DNA of 64,000 bases from Octopus bimaculoides (lineage: Eukaryota): the NCBI RefSeq assembly GCF_001194135.2, contig NC_068981.1, positions 81,242,564 to 81,306,563 on the forward strand, given 5' to 3'. A model generated the notes under the pieces. It was not told where the DNA came from, made no database searches, and saw nothing but the letters and a program-made list of their open reading frames with translations. The position numbers and the translations under genes were made by a program. Shown here one piece after another: positions 1-13,015 of the stretch (position 1 is its first letter; each line of letters opens with the position of its first letter).

Positions 1-60
<60 letters not shown>
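1..60. repeat. (AG)n microsatellite
   Basis: Direct dinucleotide run at window start. Confidence 0.99.
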
Positions 61-61
<1 letters not shown>

Positions 62-432
62 TAAGCATAGATACTTCTTAAAGTCTGCCACTATCACTCA
101 TGCTTCTCACACTGTAAAAAATGCTGATGAACAAGCAGAGATGTTGGGTATATTAAGTCCTTTTAACTGTACTCAAGGACATGATCACTTCTCTAGTGTT
201 GGTGTCATGAGAAATGTATCCAGTATATTGTGCAAGGTGTGAAAACTCAATCTTGTTGAGGACATGACACTTGTCTAGTAACCAAATCAAAACGAAACAC
301 GAGTAAAAATACTCTCTGATGAGCTGTTATGCTCAATCCACACCACCATGAAAGGTGCTGATGATGATATATGAAAATTTCTGCTGATTCACCAGGAACT
401 GATAAAATACAGAACTCAATACATAAAAGGTA

Positions 433-464
<32 letters not shown>

Positions 465-499
465 TTTCCCTTTCTGTTAGGAGTCACAAACACTTACAC

Positions 500-662
500 A
501 TGTACACACACACAAAGGTAACTTCTGTCAACCAAATTCAATCACAAGGCTTCAGTTGGCCTGAGGTAATAGCAGAAGACTCTTGCCCAAGGTGCTATGC
601 AGTGGGACTGAACCTAAAGTCATGTCACTAGGAAGCAAGCTTCCTAACCAAACAGCCATGCT
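500..662 (-). mobile_element. SINE family A (tRNA-headed, CORE-like), head half, decayed
   Basis: Matches the family A copy at 32695-33084 (ttgcccaaggtg...gggactgaacc...aagcaagcttcctaacc). Confidence 0.8.
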
Positions 663-2232
663 TGCACTTTAGATTTTAACTGAACAGTTAACAGTTATCA
701 CTGCTGCTCTTTGAGCTTGACTAACTGACACCTGCCGCCTTTTAAAACATTACCTTCTTGAATGTATTTTCATACATTATATTAAAACAGAACCAAGAAA
801 CTGTTACATTTTTTTAAAAAGTCATGCAAGTACTAAGTTATAAATATATGCATTAAGTTATAGACACTGTCTTATTTCACCTTCAGAAATGTAGATAACT
901 AGTGATTGGTCCTTTGGAAACCCACAGCCAATGTGACTATTGCTCAATTGAAATATGAAATATATTAAATAAAATGCCTCGTCTTCAACTTAACACTGCC
1001 AATAACAGCATGCAGAACTGACCAAGAAATAGACATGCATTTAGAAGAATAATATTACTCTTTCTGATTTCTCTGGTTCCAGCAGAATTTGAAGTCATAA
1101 TGTAATAACAGATGAAATGCCACTAAGCGTTTTGCCTGGTATGCTATTCATTCTGCCAGCTCATCATCTCTTTGAAATATTAGCAGGTCCTAATCAACAG
1201 CACTTTGTTATTCATACCTTTTTTCCTTATATTAACTTGATTATTTGATGCTAGGAACTATAACAACACATTCTTCTGTCAAGTGACCAAACCATTCCAG
1301 TTTTTCTCTATTCTGTCACTTTCAAAACCATTCTCCACCAATCATTTGCATATCAGTATTCTTGACATTTGATGGTCTACCTAGATTAGTGATATTTATG
1401 TTCATCTTGAATTTCTGCCGAAATATAAAAATGTGATGTGCGTGTGTGTTCACATGCACACGATGTCATCATTATAGTATGATGATAATGATGACATGTA
1501 CATACATGAATGTATAAATGTGTGTGTGTCTGCATTCACATCACTTTAAGCAGCAGTGACTTTTGACTGTCCTAGATCTCATTTTAATGTGAAGAAACTA
1601 GTAAAATAAGTACATGATTATGAAAACAAAAAATGGCTACATCAGGAAGGGCATCTGGCCACAACATTGCTTCAGTAAGTCTCTATTCAATTCATGGCAG
1701 CACAGAAAAAACAGAAGACAACAACTACAATGATGATGAGGAAAAAAAAAACACTGATCCCATTGATTCAATATAAAATTACATGCAACATAGCAATAAC
1801 AACAACAATAATCATTTAATTTGATCTAAGTACTCCCAGTTAATTTGACTTGAATAGATCCATGGAAATCTGATAGTCAACTGTATACTTAACACTCAAA
1901 TATGACCTTTTGGATTTAATCAGGAAATCTATTGAACACAGTGTCATGCAGAGGTTAGCTGGGTGAAAGTGCAGTGTGGGTGGTAATGAGATAAGTTTTG
2001 CAGTCCATACTAATGAGAGCGTCTATTTAGACACTATAAACTTCTCAATGTAGTACTAGGTAGAAGTGTAATATCTAGCATGTTTATATGGGCTAAATCT
2101 CATTGTTCAAGTAGTGTTCTAGTTGTATTCTTGCTTGATCAAAACACACCAAAAGAATGACAATATTAAGTCAAGACTCTGTTCAGGGCTGCTAATGAAG
2201 AATTATGACTTCTGTAATTACATTGAATTTAC

Positions 2233-2276
2233 CCATCTTCAATGTAATCACCACTAATAAGCTCATAAAAATGATT
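2233..2276 (-). CDS. Candidate 44-nt host coding exon (NHFYELISGDYIEDG)
   Basis: Minus strand ttttttttaatag| acceptor and |gtaaat donor, open frame 0. No recognised homology; may be chance. Confidence 0.25.
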
Positions 2277-3249
2277 CTATTAAAAAAAATCTAACAGGTT
2301 GAACTTATGTTCAAGTTTATGGATATTTTTCTGGAATGACAAATCAAAGAGAAGTGCTAAGTAAAAAAAAAGATACAAGTATGTTTTGACAGAGGATCTA
2401 TGCTGTTGTTAGCAGTCTCTTAGGGGACAATGACAAAGATAGATTTGTTTGTTCTTTAATTAGTTTCAGTCACTAAACTGCAGCCATGTTGAGGTACTAT
2501 CTTTAGAACCTTTTAACGTGACCGCAGAACCTTTCTTTGTTTTCTTTGGTTAAACACCAGTCTTGTTTTAACCAGCAATACTGTATCAAATACTATATTT
2601 TCTGGTTACCAAACTTTGAAGACTACTCTAACTGTGATTTGAAACATTTTTGAAAAAAAGATAAGCAGTTTCACATACTTTAACCAAAATGTTTTGTATA
2701 TGGCTTAGCAACATGAAGATCCTATTGGTCGCTAATAACCAGGATTTACTTTTACAATATGACAACATACTTAAGTAGCATAGATAACCTTCCTATAACA
2801 TTAAAGTTGGCTTATGAAAAATGTAACATTCATCTTTTACGATGCACATTAAATTTTCTATGGTTAATGCTAGGAAAAATAGCATCCTTGATGCCAAGAA
2901 ATATAGTATGTAAACACACACACACACACGGGCTTTGTGAACAATTTCTATTCACCAAATTTCACTCTCAAGGTATTGGTCAAGCCAGGGTTTATAGTAG
3001 AAGATACTTGCTCAATGTACTGCATAGTGGGAATGAAAAAAAAAAAGGATGACTTGTTTAAACAATACACAAAAAAGGTTATCAGTAGGGGTAATGTTTT
3101 TTTTTTTTTGGTGGGGAGATATAAGTACAAACAAAAGAAGTTAAAAATATAATATATAGAAGTAGAATATGGAGAGGGGTTAGAAAGTATGCAATGATCA
3201 GAAAGAAAAATTTAAATGTGAATTGCTGGGGCTGTATAGTATTGATTTC

Positions 3250-3450
3250 AAGTTTTGGCACAAGGCCAGCAGTTTTAGGGAGGGACTAAGTCAATTAAAT
3301 TGGTCCCAGTGCTCAACTGGTAGTTATTTATTGACTCTGAAAGGATGAAAGGCAAAGTCAAACCTTGTCTGAATTTGAACTGAGAACGTAGAGATGGACA
3401 AAATGTCGCTAAGTTTCCTATCCAACATAGTAATGATTCTGCCAGCTCAG
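3250..3450 (-). mobile_element. SINE family C (tRNA-headed; central tcatcctttc...gataaaataagtacc block)
   Basis: Shares ggcacaaggccagc...gaaaggatgaaaggcaaagtc...gaatttgaact...gattctgccagctc with copies at 19.4, 22.6, 28.5, 31.2 and 49.7 kb. Confidence 0.85.
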
Positions 3451-4679
3451 AGCGTTTTGTGTGTATGTGTGTAATAGTAACATAAGGAAAAATGAATGTA
3501 ACTCAGTTGAGAAAGTGACAGGCAACAAAGACATTTGCTAATGAAGGAGAAGCAACCATGTGATGGAAATGGATGAGGCATACTGGGAGAGAAGTGATAA
3601 AAGTTAGTGGTGGAAAGTTCTTGCATATAGCACTGAACTAACCTTTCTGGAGTTCGATACAAAGTTCAGGTTCTAAGATAATCAAAAGCCATCACTTGCG
3701 AGTGACTAGGACTTGGTAGCATGTACCATGCTTTTGTTAATTAAGGTGCCTATATAGTTACAAGCACTCTCAGCCCTCTCACTTTTTGATCCAATGGAAT
3801 ATTGAGGATGTGACAGTCTGAAGGAGACAAAATGGATTGCACAGCACTCAGCTGGTATTCAATTTCAACTGAGTAGACTGAAGCAGTGTGAAATGAAGGA
3901 TACAATGCACTACCCAGTCCAAGAATTGGACCTATGACCTTATAATTATGAGTTCAAGACCTTAATCACTAGGCCACATAACTTCACAGAGAGCACTTCA
4001 TTTTATGCTGCTCCAGTCAGCTCAGCTGAAAATGAGTACCAGTGGAACCCTCTTCTTCCATGTGTCACATTTCCAATATTCTATGAGAACATGGGTAGGC
4101 AGACCAAAAATGACTACACAGTCATCAAAAGCAGTTAGTGAAAGCATGGCACATGTTAACTGCCAAACCTGCTTGTGAGCAAGTGACAGTTGTAGATATA
4201 GGTAATGGAAGGAATAAAGAGTAAAATCTACAGTACCACCGGAGATTGAAACCTCATTCTTTTGATATGACATTAATTAAATCAAACAAGAGTTTAAGCT
4301 TAGATTAAGGATCATAAATGAAGATGAAAGATCAAAGAAACTATTTTTACTTCATATGAAGTGAAGCCTGCAATTTCCAACAGAATGACAGTGATAAATT
4401 TAGGTAAGGATCAAGTCAATTATTTGTCTAGTTCTGATGAAACTTAAGGAAGCTTTTTAATCTCAACAAGGTATCCTACTGAACAAACACAATTACACCA
4501 AGAGATTAAGGCTATTTCAAGTGTAGCACAACATATCAAGCAATCCGGGTGCCTTTCTCCAGGATATTCTAAATGTTTCAGGTTTATGTATGTTTACTAT
4601 CTAATCATACAAATAGAAATATATTTGCCAGAATTGCTGCTATGTTAATTATGAGTTCAATGCCAATGAAATTTAATCA

Positions 4680-5060
4680 AGTTTGGGATCGTTTCTATCT
4701 GACCGACAGATTTTTTTAATTAATTTTTTTAACTAAACACTTTGAAACTTCAGATACTGGTAGAATGTGTCACATAGAACAGGGTTTACTCTTAACGTTT
4801 TTGACAAAATTTTGTATTTTAGGAGTTATTTCGTGTTAAAGTTGTCGTATTTGGGTAATTTTAACCAATCAATGACCTGTATTCAGCTGAAGAAAATTAC
4901 TGCTGTTGTTTGCAAACAACAACTTCTAAGTCCACCCCCACCCACTAACAAAATCCTTCTTTAATAACCAGAGATGTTTTTATAGCAACATAGGTTTGTT
5001 GTATCAGGGTTGATTTGAGGCTAAATAACAACAAAATTATTACTGAGACAGACCAATGAT
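4680..5060 (-). repeat. Composite interspersed repeat, left arm of an inverted pair
   Basis: Reverse complement aligns to 5600-5702 plus 5923-6205; further copies at 18890-19240 and 27820-28000. Confidence 0.9.
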
Positions 5061-5599
5061 GGAGCCTGTATGTGGTTGCATGACCTGCTAGAAAAAGTAG
5101 CCAAACTTTTTTCATATACAAAATAGAAAAACCTCTATCCTGTGATATACACGTAGGGTCCATTATGCCTGGGTAGAAAGACGGAATGTCACAGTCTTTG
5201 ATCATATCTGTTCAATCAGATCCAACTTGGAACTAAACAATAAGTGACAAAGGGAACAAGACGAGGCAACGAGAGAGCCTTTATCTGGTCACTCGAGTTG
5301 CTAGAAAGAGCAACCAAATCTTCGTGACAAAAAGAAGAATGAAATTTCTGTCTTCAAGAAAAAAAAAAAATGCAAGTTTATATTATTTTATAAGGGAATC
5401 CCAATATTTGGAAAATGGATACTTGCTATCTTTTCAATTTTTCTTTAACTTTAGCTGCTTCATCATTCAGTGAAGAATATTGTTTTAACCACAGAATAGC
5501 TCTGATTGTAATGGATCCAGTCATGACCATTTTGTCTTATTCTTTTCTAGAAGTAATGAATTCCTAAGTGAGCAGGTCATGCAAGCACATACAGGTTCC

Positions 5600-6205
5600 G
5601 TCATTGGTCTGTCTCAGTAATAATTTTGTTGTTATTTAGCCTCAAATCAACCCTGATACAGCAAACCCAGGTTACTATAAAAATATCTCTGGTTATTATT
5701 AACCCCTTAGCATTTAAACCGGCCATATCCGGCTGAAATATTTTACGTGTTGTATGTTCAGACTGGACAGATCTGGCCTCTCATACTAAACCGACAATAT
5801 CATTCTAAAAATTAGCAGTTACCTCCTCAAAATCTCAAAGCTACAAAATGATGCATAACTAATTCAAAACAATGTGACTAAATAAGCATTACATTTGAGA
5901 AAATAATGTGAATGCTAAAGGGTTAAAGAAGGGTTTTGTTAGGGGAGTGGACCTGGAAGCTGTTGTTTGCAAACAGCAGCAGTAATTTTCTTCAGCTGAA
6001 TACATGTCATTGATTGCTTAAAATTACCTAAATACAACAACTTTAACACGAAATAACTTCTAAAATACAGAATTTTGTCAAAAACATTAAGAGTAAACCC
6101 TGTTCTATATGACACATTCTACCAGTATCCGAAATTTCAGATTGTTTAGTTAAAAAAAATCTTTTAAATCCTTTGGTCAGATTGAAAAGATCCCAAGTTT
6201 GATAC
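5600..6205 (+). repeat. Same composite repeat, right arm, interrupted by a TTAA MITE
   Basis: tcattggtctgtctcagtaataattttgttg... mirrors 5060 back to 4680. Confidence 0.9.
5703..5922. mobile_element. piggyBac-like MITE with TTAA target duplication
   Basis: TTAA|ccccttagcatt ... aatgctaaaggg|TTAA (TSD at 5699-5702 and 5923-5926). Confidence 0.85.
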
Positions 6206-6537
6206 TCAAATGATATACATTTATAATAGTTATAAGCAAGATTATAAAAATTAAATTACCAATAGCTATTCCTTAAGGATTTATCAGAATTACACAAGTA
6301 GTATGTTTAATTCTTTAAGAGTTAAAGTCTTAAATATCCAGAGCAATTAATTACTCACTTTACAAACAAATTCTTTAAAAATTTGAACCTCACGCATTCA
6401 TCAGATTCAGTTTACTTAGCTGATGTAAGTTAAATTCCAATGAAGTACAGAAGCCTATTTCATAGTGACTAATAATATACATGCTACCAGTCGCCTTGCT
6501 AGAAACAAGTTATGCTTTCTTACTACTATGATTGAAC

Positions 6538-6733
6538 AGGCATGGTTGTGTGATTAAGAAGCACACTTCCCAACCATATAATTCTGAGTTCAATCCTGGA
6601 CAAGTGTTTTCTACTTTTACCCTAGTCTGACCAATGCCTCGTGAGTGAATTTGGTAGAGAGAAACTGTACAAAGACTGTCATTTATATATATGTACATGT
6701 ATACATGTGTATATATGTGCGTGTGTGTGTGTC
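6538..6733 (+). mobile_element. SINE family A head half, truncated by RTE LINE
   Basis: catggttgtgtgattaagaag...gagttcaatcc...gtgagtgaatttggtag, then (TG)n. Confidence 0.8.
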
Positions 6734-8168
6734 GGCCAGTAAGGTGAGGGTTGGAAATGAGTACAGCAATGAATTCCGGGTAGAGGTAGGGGTCCACCAA
6801 GGTTCCGTCCTCAGCCCCCTATTATTTACCATAGTCCTCCAGGCAATCACAGAGGAGTTCAAGACAGGTTGCCCCTGGGAGCTCCTCTATGCTGATGACC
6901 TTGCCCTAATTGCGGAGTCACTATCAGAACTAGAGGAGAAGTTTCAGGTGTGGAAGCAAGGTCTAGAATTGAAGGGCCTTAGAGTCAACCTAGCTAAAAC
7001 CAAAATCCTAATAAGTAGGAAGGTAGATAAAACACAAACCCCTTCAGGTAGATGGCCCTGCTCAGTATGTAGAAAAGGAGTAGGTAGTAACTCTATAAGA
7101 TGTACCCGGTGCAAGCTANNNNNNNNNNNNNNNNNNNNNNNNNNNNNNNNNNNNNNNNNNNNNNNNNNNNNNNNNNNNNNNNNNNNNNNNNNNNNNNNNN
7201 NNNNNNNNNNNNNNNNNNNNNNNNNNNNNNNNNNNNNNNNNNNNNNNNNNNNNNNNNNNNNNNNNNNNNNNNNNNNNNNNNNNNNNNNNNNNNNNNNNNN
7301 NNNNNNNNNNNNNNNNNNNNNNNNNNNNNNNNNNNNNNNNNNNNNNNNNNNNNNNNNNNNNNNNNNNNNNNNNNNNNNNNNNNNNNNNNNNNNNNNNNNN
7401 NNNNNNNNNNNNNNNNNNNNNNNNNNNNNNNNNNNNNNNNNNNNNNNNNNNNNNNNNNNNNNNNNNNNNNNNNNNNNNNNNNNNNNNNNNNNNNNNNNNN
7501 NNNNNNNNNNNNNNNNNNNNNNNNNNNNNNNNNNNNNNNNNNNNNNNNNNNNNNNNNNNNNNNNNNNNNNNNNNNNNNNNNNNNNNNNNNNNNNNNNNNN
7601 NNNNNNNNNNNNNNNNNNNNNNNNNNNNNNNNNNNNNNNNNNNNNNNNNNNNNNNNNNNNNNNNNNNNNNNNNNNNNNNNNNNNNNNNNNNNNNNNNNNN
7701 NNNNNNNNNNNNNNNNNNNNNNNNNNNNNNNNNNNNNNNNNNNNNNNNNNNNNNNNNNNNNNNNNNNNNNNNNNNNNNNNNNNNNNNNNNNNNNNNNNNN
7801 NNNNNNNNNNNNNNNNNNNNNNNNNNNNNNNNNNNNNNNNNNNNNNNNNNNNNNNNNNNNNNNNNNNNNGCCTGACTGGCTCCTGTAGGATTTTCGAGCG
7901 AGATCGTTGCCAGTGCCCCTGGACTGGCTTGTGCGGGTGGCACATAAAAGACACCATTTCGAGCGTGGCCGTTTTCGTGCGGGTGACACGTAAAAGCACC
8001 CACTACACTCTCTGAGTGGTTGGCGTTAGGAAGGGCATCCAGCTGTAGAAACTCTGCCAAATCAGACTGGAGCCTGGTGTTGCCATCCGGTTTCACCAGT
8101 CCTCAGTCAAATCGTCCAACCCATGCTAGCATGGAAAGCGGACGTTAAACGATGATGATGATGATGAT
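6734..8168 (+). mobile_element. 5'-truncated RTE-clade LINE (RT domain, Cys-rich segment, 3' UTR, (GAT)n tail); middle is a gap
   Basis: GVHQGSVLSPLLF and LLYADD (YADD at 6888-6899), then WPCSVCRKGVGSNSIRCTRCK; 3' end 7871-8168 ends in gttaaacgatgatgat. Confidence 0.92.
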
Positions 8169-8744
8169 TCTGAAATTGCATGAGCTACAGTTCATATTTG
8201 CCATTTCCTTGTAAATAAACCATCTGCTAGTTCTGTATTTTAAAAGACATATCGAATGAAAAACTCTCTTGATTGAAAAATAGGTTAGGAATAGTGATAG
8301 GAAGGGTATCTGGCTGTGAAGCAATGCTTCAGCAATATGTATTTGTGTAACCCATGCTAGTATAGGAAAAGGAAATTTGAAGTAATGACAGAGTAGTCAA
8401 CTTCAATGATAAATTATATTTAGATATAACAATACAGCTGTTATCTGTAATCCAGTATAACTTCACATTGGCCTGCACAATGCCTTTCAATCTATGTTTT
8501 TTGTAGGTGACCATGTGGTTACAAGCAGACACTCCCAGAATACCCAAGACATGCATGGGCAACTTTTTTCAAAAAGTAGATCATACTAGACATGGCTTAT
8601 CATCAGGCAAGCGACAATAATGAAAAATTTCAATAAACATTTTGTGGGATTTTATCTCAGAATGTAAAGATCAAGAACAGATGCAGCAAGGAATTTGTCT
8701 GGCATTAAAATTATTCAGCAAATTCAATCAGTGTGTATATTTGG

Positions 8745-9128
8745 TTACTTGTTTCAGTTATTTGACTCTAGCCATGCTGGAGCACTGCTTAAAGGGCATT
8801 TTATTCAAAGAAATTGATACCAGGATTTATTCTTTGTAAGCCTAGTACTTATTCTACTGGGCTCTTTTGCTGAATTGCTAAGCTACAGGGACGTAAACAC
8901 ACCAACAACGGTTGTCGGGTGATGGTGGGGGCACAAACACAGACACACACATAAATGTATACATATATAGAATGGGCTTTTTTCAGTTTCCATCTACCAA
9001 ATCCACTCATAAGGATTTGGTTGGCCCAAGGCTATTGTTTGAAGACACTTGCCCAAGGTGCCATGCAATGGGATTGAACTTGGAACCATGTGGTTGAGAA
9101 GCAAGTTTCTTACCAAACAGCTACACCT
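8745..9128 (-). mobile_element. SINE family A, full length
   Basis: Colinear with 32695-33084. Confidence 0.88.
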
Positions 9129-9141
9129 GTATGTTTATGTA

Positions 9142-10395
9142 TTGGGTCATCCCATAAATAATATTTTTTTTTACTTCTTTTATTTTTCAAAATTAAGATA
9201 AAATTCTTTTCAATCTAAAATAGACTCTCCATTTTTAACAATGCTCTTCCATCTATCTGATAGACTTGCAAGGCCTCTTTTACAAGATTCACTTGTCCAT
9301 GACGAAAAGTACACCTCCAGTACTGTTCTGACCTCATCTACAGAATTTGTGTTTTTTTCTGTCCAAATGATTTTGAAAACTGCAGAATAAATGATAAACA
9401 GATGGGGTAATGTCTAGCAAATATGGTGGATGGAGCATCATTTCCCATTCAAACTGCTCAAGCCTTTCGAATGTCATCTTTGCTGTATGTGGCCAAGCAT
9501 TATCCTGATGGAAGAATACCTTTAGTCTTGAAACCAAAACTGGTGGTTTTTCTTCTAGCGTTGACTTAAGCTGCACAAGCTGCTTGCAGCAGATCTCCTT
9601 TGTTATTGTTTGGTTTGGGTTTAAAACTTCAAATTGGACTAAACATTTCACGTAACACATTACTTAGGTGAAGACATTCTTTAGACTGGGGTGCCAGTGT
9701 TTCCCCTTTCCCTACCCACTGTCTTTGGCACTTGACATTTTTATAGAGAACCCATTTCTTGTCACCAGTACTATTCGGTCCAAACAAAGTTCATTTGTAA
9801 AATGTGACAGCAAAGATGAGCGCACATTCTTTGCACGTTATTAGACTTGGAAAGCTTATGAGGAACCGCTTGACCCAATTTGCTGTCTTTTCTGATGGCA
9901 TGCACATCAATGAATAGTTGAATTACCAAATCCAAGCTTCTCTGCTAGATCCTCAACAGTTACAATGGGATTTTGTTCCACCAGGATGTCCTTGCAGGAT
10001 ATCCTTGTTGAGCTCTACAGATCTTCCAGGACAAGGCTTGTCTTCTAAGCTGTAGTTTCCAGCTTGGAATTTCTGGAACCACCGTTGACACTGGCTTACG
10101 CTTAATGTCCTAACCCCATATACTGCATTAATATTCCTCACACTTTCCTTTGCGTTGTTGCCTTTATTGAACTCATAAAGCAAAATATGCCAAATATGCT
10201 CCTTTGTCACTTCCATTATAGCTTTAAAAAAATGACTTAAAATCAAACTGCACTCTTGAAAACTTGCACTAAGGATAAGGACATGGTAAAGTTACTACCT
10301 GTTTTTATAGCAAATTGATGCAGGTAGTTTATCCCGTCCCCCTCCAACTTTTAGTTTATGCAATTGAAACAAAACACATTTATAGAATGACCCAA
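9142..10395 (-). mobile_element. Full-length decayed mariner (DD34D-type) transposon
   Basis: TIRs ttgggtcatcccataaat / atttatagaatgacccaa flanked by TA (9140-41, 10396-97); fragments EHIWHILLYEFNKG...RWFQKF and HQDNAWPH...HPPYLLDITPSVYHLF. Confidence 0.92.
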
Positions 10396-10859
10396 TACAT
10401 CCAATGTATATATTGTATTCTCAGAAGTCCAGGGTTGCAACTTAAATTCATATTTCCTAGTGAAAGATTTATGTTTATAAGCTCTGGTTTGCAGATTTAG
10501 TAAGTCAGAGCTTATCCCAGTGTTCATGCCATTTAAACAACTGAGAGCATGACCACCCACTGCTCACATCCTGACTAGAACATTAGTTTTGCGTATGGAG
10601 GTAAACCTCATCTTAATTACCACTAGCATTTGTTTTCAGCAGAATATACTAAAGCAATGTTAAATTAAGCATCTTGCTCAAGGATAAACTGTGCCACTTG
10701 GCCTGAGAATCGAATTCACTATCCAACAATCATGAAACTAACACCTACCTCCATATATAGATATAAATAAGAAACCATAAATGGAAAAGTGTATATTTAT
10801 ATAAACTACATATACTTGTAAACATGCATAGATACACATCACAAACATATATATAGACA

Positions 10860-11165
10860 CATACACATACGCATGTGTGGTTAAGAAGTAAACTTTGGAA
10901 CCACAAAGTTTCAAGTCCAATATAAGTATTTGTCTGTGTGTCTTTGTATTTGTCTCCCATTACCTCTTGACAATTGGTATTGGTTTGTTTAAGTCCCCAT
11001 AACTCAGCAGATTGGCCAAAAAAAAAAAAAAAATGACTGAGAGAATAAGTACCACACTTAAAAAAGAAATTAGTAAAGGGGTGGGGGGTTCAATTTGTTA
11101 GACTAAACCCTTGAATGTGGTGCATCAGCATGGTTGCAGTCTAATGTCAGTAACAACTAAAAGAT
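10860..11165 (+). mobile_element. SINE family A, decayed with internal deletion
   Basis: Head gcatgtgtggttaagaag; tail gtggtgcatcagcatggttgcagtctaatg. Confidence 0.7.
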
Positions 11166-11549
11166 ACAGACACATACATATACACACAGCTGCAGATTAG
11201 TTGTGTGATTAAGAAGTTTACTTCATATACATGTGGTCCAAGATTTCGAATTTGGTCAATGGAAACCAAGCAGAAAGCCATCATGCGAGTGTGTGTGTCT
11301 CCCTGTGTTTCAAGCAAAGGCCATTCAATAAATAGTGTGTGTGTGTGTGTGTGTGTGTTTACATATAGATCTTTGTTTATTCAGCCATGCAATCAATTCT
11401 TCAAACAAATCAGAAAAGACATGCCTCGTCACTGATAGCAGAAGTTTTGCAGAAAAAGTGCGTTTGTGCATGTGTAGGAGTACCAATCTTGAATTTAGGG
11501 AAAGTCATGCTGTTCATTCTGACAAAACATTAAAAAAGAAAGATACAGC

Positions 11550-11564
11550 TATCTATCTATCTAA

Positions 11565-11623
<59 letters not shown>

Positions 11624-11630
11624 ATGATGA
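11550..11630. repeat. (ATCT)/(TA)n/(GAT) compound microsatellite
   Basis: Direct. Confidence 0.95.
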
Positions 11631-12779
11631 TGAATTATCACATGGTAATTCTTAAGTTTAAACACAGCCATTTTATAATGAAATTACTAACACAGACACT
11701 CCCTTTCACATCAAAATATCTTAAGTCCGGTAGACACACAATACCTTAATACTAAGTCAAATATTTCCACTGTCCAATATTAAATTATTGAGTGAAGCCT
11801 TCTGTATTTCTCTTTTATATTATTAAAATTCATGTTTCTCTTGTACTCACTCTTTTTCAAACTTCTACGTTTATTCTACAAACATAATACATCAACCTTC
11901 ACAACATAAACACATGATCTTCATAGCTATTCCTGTAAATACACCCATTTTCTTTTTCTCCTATGTTTACTTTCTCTCTAATATAATTGCTTTATTTCTC
12001 TCTACATATTTTGCTTCATAATGTCTTCTTCATAAACTAGACGAAATTCTCTCATATTACAATCTTTCGAATTAATGAATGACGAGAATCTTTTAGTTAT
12101 AAGACATCACAAAGCAACTTCACATAAACAATTTCCTTTTATCTCAGCAATTTATCGAAATGTAATCCAAATAAACCATTCTAAAACTGTCGGGAAATTG
12201 TCTAGTTAATTTAGCAAAACTTCTTCAAAGACAATCAAAAAGGTTTAGGATAGCAAGGAATTCTCAGCTAAGAAGGAAAACAATAAAAAAGAAAGCTTTT
12301 ATGTCAAAATTATAACAAAGCCTTCAATGATATTTTGTTTAGCTTCTCTTGGGTATACAATAATAATTTTTTTATTACAGGCATATCCGAATAAGGAGGA
12401 AGAAATCGATCAGTAATTGAACATAAGGATCAAAGTCAAAAACCCATACTATCTACATACTCAGTACGCAAAGTTATGTTCACTAAAAACTACGGAGACA
12501 CCGTAGCAGAATATAGGCGCCTGGGCAAATCAATGTACTGGGTCAAGCAAACTACAGCATAAATAGATCAAAATGGGGCCTCTGCTCAGTGTGCCCTTAA
12601 AACGACACTGACTACAAGTCTAGTATTTTGTGCCATGGTAAAAACTAAGTTATGTTACATTGAATTTAACACAGGAGTTACTCAGAACAATTAAAAAAAA
12701 ATGAACTGTGATTAATCCCTTCATTCCAGTTACAATCAACTTGTTTCCGTCATCTGGTTGAGGCTATGCAGGTTTTTAG

Positions 12780-13015
12780 TATTTTCCATCAGTCTCTCTT
12801 GCTGAACCGCTAGATTACAGGAACGTAAATACACCAGCACCGGTTGTCAAGCAATGATAGGGGGCAAACAGACACACATAAGTTCAAAATCATTTGATCA
12901 CTATTGTTTTATATTTGGTTGGCTCGAGGCGATAATAGAAGGATCCACATAGTAGTACTGAATCCAGAACCACATAGTTTTGAACCAAACTTTCAACCAC
13001 ACAGCCACGCCAGCG
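12780..13015 (-). mobile_element. SINE family A, internally deleted, CpGs retained
   Basis: gctgaaccgctag...ccggttgtcaagc...ccacacagccacgccagcgc. Confidence 0.8.

Noticed and set aside
6645-8096. Long ORFs (260-456 aa) across N runs, also at 14.6, 18.4, 29.4, 31.5 and 44.2 kb
   Set aside because: Length comes from gap Ns; only the RTE RT portion at 6734-7118 is real.
11900-12420. Hydrophobic GPCR-like peptide fragments (FCLASLGYTIIIFYYRHIRIRRKK)
   Set aside because: Frames are discontinuous with several stops; AT/T-rich DNA gives such peptides by chance.
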